IMG/VR virus record: IMGVR_UViG_3300031987_000009
Span: 1 to 54,609 of that record
Length of the DNA: 54,609 nt
Source: a virus
Reading direction: 5' to 3' (one strand)
How positions within the stretch are numbered: position 1 is the stretch's first letter; every line of letters starts with the position of its first letter. Positions 40,206-47,758 of the stretch are shown one piece after another. Position numbers and translations under genes: made by a program. The notes below the pieces were generated by a model. That model ran no database searches. It saw only the letters and a program-made list of their open reading frames with translations, and was not told the DNA's origin.

Positions 40206-40789
40206 TAATCCTCCATGTTATCAAGTATGTTATATGCACCTATAATCTTATCCTCAAGTATGTTACTCAACACTACAAAATCTGTCATTCTGTAACATAA
40301 TTCTTTCATTACATCAAGTGTCACTTTTGTTCTGTTGTTGTAGATACTATTGAATACTTTACACATATCAAATGAGTGATATACATTGAATTCAAATATA
40401 GATGAACCAGTCTTAATCATAAAATCAATACAGTTATTGTATGTGAATTTTATCAGTGGATTACCAACAATATCACCCATTTTAAACGAATTTCTATTAA
40501 TTGATTTAAATGGATATTGGTTAAAGTAATCAGAATCAATATCCATGTACCCATTCTCTGTTGATAGATTATTTTTATACCCAATAAATATCACTTTCAA
40601 TCTTGTATCAATGTCAAAACCATATGTTTGTAGTCCATTTAAACAATCAGTGTGTATACATGGACTGAACAGTTCATATGGTGTATATTTGCTACCGGAA
40701 TGTGTGAATGCAGATGCTTTAGCATAACTCTTAGCCTCTCTTATCTGGTTTTGAAAGAATTGTTCCATTACATCATCCATTTTAATCAC
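40205..40789 (-). CDS. Hypothetical protein inside the ubiquitin-like cassette
   Basis: 194 aa; overlaps the JAB stop. Confidence 0.65.
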   Translation of the reverse strand: MIKMDDVMEQFFQNQIREAKSYAKASAFTHSGSKYTPYELFSPCIHTDCLNGLQTYGFDIDTRLKVIFIGYKNNLSTENGYMDIDSDYFNQYPFKSINRNSFKMGDIVGNPLIKFTYNNCIDFMIKTGSSIFEFNVYHSFDMCKVFNSIYNNRTKVTLDVMKELCYRMTDFVVLSNILEDKIIGAYNILDNMED

Positions 40790-41568
40790 CTAAATTGTGA
40801 ATACATTTCAACGAAACTTTCAATGTATTCATCATAATCTTCTTCACTATAATTATGCTTATCCCAATATGCATCAATTTGTTTATCTGTCATTGATTGT
40901 GCTTGTACACCATCCCATTCAAGTACTTCACGTTTGTTACTTGATGTCAACTCAACGTTGTTGTACGTTACAGTTGTTACTTTACTTTTGCCTTTCTTTT
41001 TATAGGTAAACTTCTTCTCACGTATCACACCTTCTGTATTTAACCAATCCATAACTTTTGGACTGTACCATTCTTCAACCATGACATTTACATCATCTAT
41101 CGTTACATGTTCAGGTTCAGAAGTGAACGGTGTGTCTACCAGCATATCAACTCTACCGGTAATTTCTTTCTTTTTATTTACGCATATACTAACGTAATAA
41201 TCATTATTGTAATCCAACCATTTCTCAATGTTATCATCATCGATTGAACTGAAGTTTGTATTCATATTAACATGGCTATGTACCCAACCATTTATTGGTA
41301 CATGAACATCTCTCATCAATGCTTCCGTTAATATATCATCTGTACCATATAATCCTTCATCTTGGTTCTTATCGAAATCACATGTACCACCAGTTACTTC
41401 CTGTGATGGTATAAATATTTCGTCTACTGTAATCATACCATTATCTTTATCAATACTGCAACTCATTAGTGCACCTACTTCAAGTTTACATACACTAACC
41501 ATTGTCCATATATCTGTCCATACATCTCTTGGTATATATATTCCTACTTCCATTTTATACATCTCCAT
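40786..41568 (-). CDS. JAB/MPN+ metallo-isopeptidase
   Basis: EVGAL, PSQEVTGGTC and GWVHSHVNMNTNFSSID = HxH-x7-S-x2-D zinc motif. Confidence 0.92.
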   Translation of the reverse strand: MEMYKMEVGIYIPRDVWTDIWTMVSVCKLEVGALMSCSIDKDNGMITVDEIFIPSQEVTGGTCDFDKNQDEGLYGTDDILTEALMRDVHVPINGWVHSHVNMNTNFSSIDDDNIEKWLDYNNDYYVSICVNKKKEITGRVDMLVDTPFTSEPEHVTIDDVNVMVEEWYSPKVMDWLNTEGVIREKKFTYKKKGKSKVTTVTYNNVELTSSNKREVLEWDGVQAQSMTDKQIDAYWDKHNYSEEDYDEYIESFVEMYSQFR

Positions 41569-42474
41569 TTATATTAATTCAAGTGTTTCCATCAAATTAC
41601 GTACGTCATTATGTAATTCAATTTCATTATAGTTTATGTCTACTAACCAATCAACTATGTTCATAATCGTTGCATCAAACACGATGGTTTTGTTGTATGT
41701 ATCATGGCAAATTACTCCATCTATACAATTAAAATCACTAAGTATATCATCCAATTGTCCTTCATAACGTTCTTCTACACCATGTATCTCTGATTTAGCC
41801 CAAGGTATATCAACAGTTGCTCTACAATTACACTCAACACATGTGAAACTATCGAAATCATCACAATCTCTGCAATAACATAACAACTCAAAGCATCCAT
41901 CATGTGTACAGTGACTACATGGATTTACACTTACTGGATTATAAAATGGATTTTCTGCTGACCATTTGCTCATGAAATCACGTAACGATAACATAAACAT
42001 AATTATATCACCGCTTTCTACGTAATCATCAATGATACCAAACGAACCACCCCAACATATATCACCATCACTACTTATGTTTGGATGTACACTATGAAAC
42101 CCACAATTTAATCCATCAGTTGGTAATACTAATAATTGTCCGCCATCAAATAAGCATACCTTATATGGAACAATACTGATATTACAATCTGAGTCATATG
42201 CATCATGTTCTTCATGTACATCTTCAATTCCAGTACAATATATTTCAAAACATTTATCCTCTAAATTATAATCAACACTATTCACGAAATCAAGCATTTG
42301 TAATTCATCACACAATTCATAGAAATCTACTTTAATTTCAATTTCAAGTGAACCATGTCCTTCACGTTTGAAATCCTTTTCGGGTATGTTCATTTGCATT
42401 TGTTTTTTGTCGATGACATTGCCATCATCATCTTCAAAATGATATGTGCATAACGTATCAATTACCAATTTCAT
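41569..42474 (-). CDS. E2/UBC-fold ubiquitin-conjugating enzyme with Cys-rich C-terminal region
   Basis: HPNISSDGDICWG has the same HPN-x7-C spacing as canonical UBC active sites; followed by an 8-9 Cys cluster. Confidence 0.85.
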   Translation of the reverse strand: MKLVIDTLCTYHFEDDDGNVIDKKQMQMNIPEKDFKREGHGSLEIEIKVDFYELCDELQMLDFVNSVDYNLEDKCFEIYCTGIEDVHEEHDAYDSDCNISIVPYKVCLFDGGQLLVLPTDGLNCGFHSVHPNISSDGDICWGGSFGIIDDYVESGDIIMFMLSLRDFMSKWSAENPFYNPVSVNPCSHCTHDGCFELLCYCRDCDDFDSFTCVECNCRATVDIPWAKSEIHGVEERYEGQLDDILSDFNCIDGVICHDTYNKTIVFDATIMNIVDWLVDINYNEIELHNDVRNLMETLELI

Positions 42475-42500
42475 TTAATCATCTCCATTTAAAAATATTA

Positions 42501-42523
42501 AATGTGGGTAATTATACCCACAT
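42501..42523 (-). terminator. Hairpin downstream of the Ubl gene
   Basis: AATGTGGGT / ACCCACATT stem followed on the minus strand by an AT/T-rich run. Confidence 0.55.
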
Positions 42524-42528
42524 TTTAT

Positions 42529-42786
42529 TTATACTATGTGAACATTTGTGGACATACCACCACCAGATTTAGGTGCAGATACCATCACTGCTACTGTTTC
42601 ATCAGATACAATATCCGATGTGTTCTTTACACCATGATTTGTATTGACTGAATCAGCAGTTACATCAAATGCTGCATAGATGACATCGCCATATGTTACA
42701 TCAACTCTGTCAAGTTCTTCTTTGAGTTCATCCATGTTTACAAATTCTCTCTCGTTACCCATACCTACTCTAATTTCTGTTGCCAT
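42529..42786 (-). CDS. Ubiquitin-like (beta-grasp) protein with C-terminal extension
   Basis: 85 aa; beta-beta-alpha-beta layout ending VAVMVSAPKSGG-GMSTNVHIV; strong AAAGGAG RBS; first gene of the E2-JAB-E1 cluster. Confidence 0.75.
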   Translation of the reverse strand: MATEIRVGMGNEREFVNMDELKEELDRVDVTYGDVIYAAFDVTADSVNTNHGVKNTSDIVSDETVAVMVSAPKSGGGMSTNVHIV

Positions 42787-42887
42787 TTGTTCATTTCTCC
42801 TTTAGTTCTTATGGATAGTATACATTGGCATTAATTGTGCTAAAATCAATGCATACATACCTTTCACAAAAATAAAAGAGATGATGA

Positions 42888-43199
42888 TTAATTTTGGTAA
42901 TCATCCAATCTCAATTGTCCTTTACCAAACATTTCGTATTCACTCATTGCTACTTGTCCGATGTACTCACCGTTTTCCCATATTGGAAACCATAACCCCG
43001 GATTTAAATGTAATCGTACTATACTTGGATTTTCGCTTGCTTGTTCATTTATGTCATGCTATGTAGTCATCAATCCAGTATTACGAATGTACATAAACCT
43101 TTCATAATCACCCACTTCATCTGCTGCACGTCTACGTCTATTCATCCTATGCTAATACTGACTTTTAGTTATCAGTTTGTTTCTATCATCATCGTTCAT
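42888..43199 (-). CDS. 103-aa hypothetical protein with two in-frame TAGs (43152-43154, 43059-43061)
   Basis: MNDDDRNKLITKSQY[TAG]HRMNRRRRAADEVGDYERFMYIRNTGLMTT[TAG]HDINEQ...RLDDYQN-TAA; GAGG RBS; fills an otherwise empty gap and is followed by a T tract. Confidence 0.65.
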
Positions 43200-43234
43200 T
43201 TTATCAAATCCTCATGTTTTAGAAAGTCTATCCA

Positions 43235-43756
43235 TCAATTCCTTGTTTGTTCATTATTAGTTTCCTTTTCTTTTTCTTTGATTTTTTTTACACACTGTTC
43301 CTATGTTTCGCATAGTTCTGTTCCCCTCTGAATTCTGCCTGTTCCACCTCCATTAGGCGTACAATGAAATATAATTGATGTCCCATCCTTGGATTGTGTG
43401 CTAACTATTTTGGATATTTTTGCTCTTCTTGGTACATCATATGTACTGGGAATTGTACCAGATATACATTTGGGACATCGCAGGTATTCATCTATCCCCT
43501 CCGCCTTTACCTTGCCTGTGCCGTTACAGAAGGGACACATTTGTCTGTCCTCTGTTTCAACCGGTATCCATACTTCCTGTCCAATACTGTAATTTCTAAA
43601 TAAATCTTTGATGACTTCCTCTTTAGCATCTTTCATAGACACATGTTTTGAAGTATCTTTTTTCAATTCATGAAGTTCTTTTGACAGTTCATCACACAGT
43701 GTAAGTACATCTTCCATCGCCACTATTGCTCTGTTAAGTCGTTTATCTATTCCCAT
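43235..43756 (-). CDS. DnaJ-type Zn-finger-containing protein with in-frame TAG at 43301-43303
   Basis: CPFCNGTG...CPKCISG; LCET[TAG]EQCVKKIKEKE continues to TGA at 43235. Confidence 0.6.
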
Positions 43757-44069
43757 TATTTTTCTCCATTGTTTCTATGAAACCTTTTATGAAATTAATT
43801 CCGTGTTTGTCTTTAATGTCTTGTAGTTTGTTTGTGCTTTCTTTAATTTCCTCTTGTTTTTCATACTCTCTGATAACATCGATGTTTTGCACACCATATA
43901 CGTGTACTTTATATGGATCTTTTATATGTATATCATCTATACGTATGAATGTATGACATATATCTTCCATTAATTTTTCATATGTCAGTTTGTTTATAAT
44001 TTTGTCTAGAGTGTCTCGTGCAGGTGGCATAAAGAATACTACATTAAATCGAAGTGAATTTTCACACAT
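43743..44069 (-). CDS. Hypothetical protein
   Basis: 108 aa tiled ORF. Confidence 0.6.
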   Translation of the reverse strand: MCENSLRFNVVFFMPPARDTLDKIINKLTYEKLMEDICHTFIRIDDIHIKDPYKVHVYGVQNIDVIREYEKQEEIKESTNKLQDIKDKHGINFIKGFIETMEKNNGNR

Positions 44070-44385
44070 GTTTTACCTCTGTTGGTTCTTGCTCATCAAA
44101 CTCTTTTATATATTCCATGAAGTCATCGTATATAACTGCAAAATCAACATAATCCATGTCAATCTGACTGTACACATCTTTATCAATGATGTATACATAT
44201 TGTCCATAATCACGTTTGATTTCGTTTATAAAATATGTTGTTTCAATGTAACATTGCAAGTCATCAGGTGATGTTATATCACCTTCCCTAAATGAATTGA
44301 TTATCCCTTGTTGTACTTCATAATTATTACGTAATGTCAATGACATTCTGTCTGTTATGTAATCTCTGAATCCATCTTCATCCAT
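44062..44385 (-). CDS. Hypothetical acidic protein
   Basis: 107 aa; AGGTGAT RBS. Confidence 0.65.
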   Translation of the reverse strand: MDEDGFRDYITDRMSLTLRNNYEVQQGIINSFREGDITSPDDLQCYIETTYFINEIKRDYGQYVYIIDKDVYSQIDMDYVDFAVIYDDFMEYIKEFDEQEPTEVKHV

Positions 44386-44397
44386 GTTTAATCACCT

Positions 44398-44700
44398 TTA
44401 TTTCTGTACAAGTTTCACTTGGTCAAACATATTCTCAACAATTTTTGCCATTCTTTCATTAACTGCTTCATATACACCATCACATTCTGTCCAAATACCG
44501 TCATCTATGTAATATTCTTTGAATGATTTCTTAATCTGTTCTTGTCCTTCATCTGATTTGATGTGTTCAATCAACGCTTTCCTAACTGCATTCCTGATAG
44601 CATCCTCATACATTTCTTCTTCTATGATTAATTCAATGTCATCTTTCATGTTGTTACATATGATTTCTTTAATGTCTTGCTCTGAAATTTCAATCATCAT
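44398..44700 (-). CDS. Hypothetical protein
   Basis: 100 aa helical. Confidence 0.65.
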   Translation of the reverse strand: MMIEISEQDIKEIICNNMKDDIELIIEEEMYEDAIRNAVRKALIEHIKSDEGQEQIKKSFKEYYIDDGIWTECDGVYEAVNERMAKIVENMFDQVKLVQK

Positions 44701-44704
44701 ATAA

Positions 44705-44983
44705 TCATCTCATGTTGTACTTCTTATTCAATTCATCAATCAATGTAGTTACATTGTCATTATTATGCCGAACTTTCTGCATATCTTCCTGTGACATACA
44801 TAATGTACGTTTGTCATATTGATAAAACCTGTTTGCTACATCATCAATGTTACGACAATTTGGATATGTAGCAATCGGTGTATCGCTACCATACTTACTT
44901 CTGTCACTATACACGTAACCAGTGTTACCTTTAATAGCAAATGATATGCTATCGTTATGTGTTAATGCCATGTATTCACCCAC
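44705..44983 (-). CDS. Hypothetical protein
   Basis: Probable ATG start at 44971 after GGTGA. Confidence 0.6.
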   Translation of the reverse strand: MGEYMALTHNDSISFAIKGNTGYVYSDRSKYGSDTPIATYPNCRNIDDVANRFYQYDKRTLCMSQEDMQKVRHNNDNVTTLIDELNKKYNMR

Positions 44984-45125
44984 TATTCTGCTTACGATAT
45001 TTCAATTTACTATCATTCCATATATTACATTCACCAGTTGTATGCTCACATTTACGCATTGATATAGCACATAAAAGTGTACCACAATCGGTACACTCAA
45101 TACATGCTGGACAATACTTAGACAT
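44976..45125 (-). CDS. Small Cys-rich protein
   Basis: 49 aa, CPACxxCxxC...C...C...C. Confidence 0.5.
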   Translation of the reverse strand: MSKYCPACIECTDCGTLLCAISMRKCEHTTGECNIWNDSKLKYRKQNSG

Positions 45126-45263
45126 TGCTATCACTTCCAGAAGTTATGTTGAAGTTCCATTAATGACTGTCGTTGTTCAGACAGTCTCGAACACTGTTTT
45201 TCATCCGCTTGTTTAAGCATTTCATATCTTTGTCTACTTATCTTTTCTTCATGTACATTATAT

Positions 45264-45554
45264 TTAAACAATGTAGTCCTTGCCATGTTCACACAACCTG
45301 TCAATATAATTAACTGCTTTCCTGTAACTTTTAAACATCATTGAATATTCGGAATGCTTTATAGTATCGTTTGCTTCATCATATTCTCTGACAGACACAC
45401 CATAGATAGTATCGTTATTGAACCCGACACCTTCAGCAAACTCTATCAGTAAATCATCATCTGTTCTGATGTAGTCCAATGCATCTGGTGTCATGATATT
45501 GACACCTTTAACATGTCTATTCCATATTTGTTCTGCTGTTTCACTCATATTCAT
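45264..45554 (-). CDS. Hypothetical protein
   Basis: 96 aa; GGTGA RBS. Confidence 0.65.
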   Translation of the reverse strand: MNMSETAEQIWNRHVKGVNIMTPDALDYIRTDDDLLIEFAEGVGFNNDTIYGVSVREYDEANDTIKHSEYSMMFKSYRKAVNYIDRLCEHGKDYIV

Positions 45555-45718
45555 TCACCTTCCCAATTATTGACAGTAATACATGACTTAATCACGTCAG
45601 TACTACCTATTCTGTTTCTAACTTCTTTACATGCTTCAAATCTATCTGAAGCAACGATGATATATGTATGACCATACTCACCGTTTTCATTCAATGTCTT
45701 TATCTTATACATTGGCAT
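45551..45718 (-). CDS. Small hypothetical protein
   Basis: 55 aa; ATGA overlap. Confidence 0.5.
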   Translation of the reverse strand: MPMYKIKTLNENGEYGHTYIIVASDRFEACKEVRNRIGSTDVIKSCITVNNWEGE

Positions 45719-45720
45719 AC

Positions 45721-45969
45721 TCAATCACATCCAATAGTCATGCATTCATCAAGATAATATTTATCACCATTGTATTCAAAATACACTCTAAATGGATTAT
45801 GTTCATCGGCTTTGATAGTAGATGACATTACTTCACCTTTGTCAGCATTACTACCAAAAACTACTGAATCGGTAATGTCATAATCAACACCGTATACTTC
45901 AACTATTGTAGGATAATTGCTTTGGTTTATTGCAATTACTCTTTTACCTTCAACATATTCTGATTCCAT
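45721..45969 (-). CDS. Hypothetical protein
   Basis: 82 aa. Confidence 0.6.
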   Translation of the reverse strand: MESEYVEGKRVIAINQSNYPTIVEVYGVDYDITDSVVFGSNADKGEVMSSTIKADEHNPFRVYFEYNGDKYYLDECMTIGCD

Positions 45970-46071
45970 TCAAATCAACTCCATATACATTCCATTATCT
46001 GTAATCTGTACAATCATGTCGTAACATCTGTTATACAACATGTTCATGTAAGTTTCCAGTTCATATTCCAT
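45970..46071 (-). CDS. Small hypothetical protein
   Basis: 33 aa; GAGG RBS, abuts neighbours. Confidence 0.4.
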   Translation of the reverse strand: MEYELETYMNMLYNRCYDMIVQITDNGMYMELI

Positions 46072-46332
46072 TTAAATAACCTCATTAAACATCATTATAC
46101 CCCATAGGGTATTCTGGTGAAATTTGAATTCACCGTTATATACTTTATTATTACGCTCACTTTTTTGAACACGATTGTTTAACCATGTTCTTGTCTGTCT
46201 GAATGCTATTGAAATAGCATTATTAGGCATATTGTAACCATAATCTAAACATTCGCATCGAATGTTAAAGTAGTTGTTTGCTATTCTATGCAAGTACATT
46301 TGTGTAGTGTGTACTGTTTCCATTTCATTCAC
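46072..46332 (-). CDS. Hypothetical protein
   Basis: 86 aa; GGAG RBS. Confidence 0.6.
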   Translation of the reverse strand: MNEMETVHTTQMYLHRIANNYFNIRCECLDYGYNMPNNAISIAFRQTRTWLNNRVQKSERNNKVYNGEFKFHQNTLWGIMMFNEVI

Positions 46333-46803
46333 TCCATGATTAATTAAAGTAAAATTGATATAATGACAATCTTAAAAAATAATTTTTGCCGCAGAAATTT
46401 CTGCATGCACCCTGTGGTCATCCTCATATCAAATTTTATTTTTTGTCATCTATGGACATATATAGTTTGATATATACATTCAAACATATATATTCAGATA
46501 TATACATTCAAGTGTATGTATCCAGTAATTGTTAGTTCGGATACAAACAATTATTTAAGATCCATTTATTGTTAATATTTTATTCGATTTGATACTAACA
46601 ATAAATGATAAAATGCTATATCTCATATTGATGGATGAAATACAATAAGGATATAGTCTTAATAGTGTCATATATCCATTCTAAGAGGATTTTTTTAATT
46701 ATAGGTATTATACCATTCAAAAATTAAAAAGTCTTAATATAATGGATATATGAGATTATACTTATTAAAAAATAAAAATAAGTATGAGTGATTAAAAAAA
46801 TAG

Positions 46804-46995
46804 TTAATAAAATTCAGCATCAAGCATTTTAACTAATGCATATCTTAATATTGGCGTACTAATACCATGTCGAGTTTTTACATATTGGTTATTATCCAAT
46901 TCGTATATGCTAACTACATAATGGATTATACCACCAATTAAGCACATATCGAAAGTACTTATGCAATTGTCGTTTATCTGGATTTTTGTGTACAT
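46804..46995 (-). CDS. Hypothetical early protein
   Basis: 63 aa; GAGG RBS. Confidence 0.55.
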   Translation of the reverse strand: MYTKIQINDNCISTFDMCLIGGIIHYVVSIYELDNNQYVKTRHGISTPILRYALVKMLDAEFY

Positions 46996-47050
46996 TTTAT
47001 ACCTCTTAAAATATTAAAATAAGTTAATCTGGATAAAAAAAATAGTAGCA

Positions 47051-47758
47051 TTACCTACTCTTAGGCAATGCTGAATTTAGATATTTTCTATAATCTGCTT
47101 TTAGGTATGGTTCACCTTTTCGAGTAGAACCAGATAGTTTTTGGAGTAGTTCATCACGTGTAAAACGTGTATTGCCTACTCCAGCCACTACTTTCCCGCT
47201 GGCTATGCTGACATTCAGGAATACGGTTCTATAAAAGCCAGTGTCTTTCTCCATAACAACTATGAAAGATGACGGTTCACCGTCTGGCTTAGGCATGCCA
47301 TAAGCCACCAATTCATAATTATCATTCAATTCCTCTATTGCCTCACCTACTGGAGTATGTATGGAGTAGCCATTGATAAGGTGGTATTTAGGGACTGGCT
47401 GTTGTTCGGTTTGTTGTTGTCGAGTGTTCCGTACTGGCTGATTGCTGGCAATTGGTACAAGTGTACCATTAGTATAAAGGAATTGCTGCCCATTCACTTC
47501 TTTTATGTCACCTTCCTGTAATGGTTTGTTATGTTGTTCCATTACTGGTTGTTGTTGCTGTTGTTCCATTACTGGTTGTTGTTGTTGCTGTTGTTGTCGA
47601 GTACCAACATATTGGTTGTACTCATTGAATATCCTATCATTACTCCAATTAAGGACACTACGGTAGGATTTCATGTTTTTGGAGTCTGCAATTGCTTTAC
47701 TGATATCTGTCTTAGACATGCCTATGCTATTTACTAATTCTTTCGTATCCATATTCAT
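47051..47758 (-). CDS. Early protein with poly-Gln/Pro linker
   Basis: RQQQQQQQPVMEQQQQQPVMEQ tandem duplication; AGGTGA RBS; BRE-TATA-like boxes upstream near 47815-47855. Confidence 0.7.
   Translation of the reverse strand: MNMDTKELVNSIGMSKTDISKAIADSKNMKSYRSVLNWSNDRIFNEYNQYVGTRQQQQQQQPVMEQQQQQPVMEQHNKPLQEGDIKEVNGQQFLYTNGTLVPIASNQPVRNTRQQQTEQQPVPKYHLINGYSIHTPVGEAIEELNDNYELVAYGMPKPDGEPSSFIVVMEKDTGFYRTVFLNVSIASGKVVAGVGNTRFTRDELLQKLSGSTRKGEPYLKADYRKYLNSALPKSR

Noticed and set aside
43196-43237. TGA readthrough (WIDFLKHEDLIK) extending the 43756 gene
   Set aside because: TGA is the normal stop for many genes here; a single 12-codon open stretch is expected by chance.
10319-43756. TAG-to-Gln (code 15) recoding as in gut phages
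   Set aside because: Not excluded but less likely: only eight TAGs, no late-gene bias, no viral suppressor tRNA or release factor, and archaeal expression signals.
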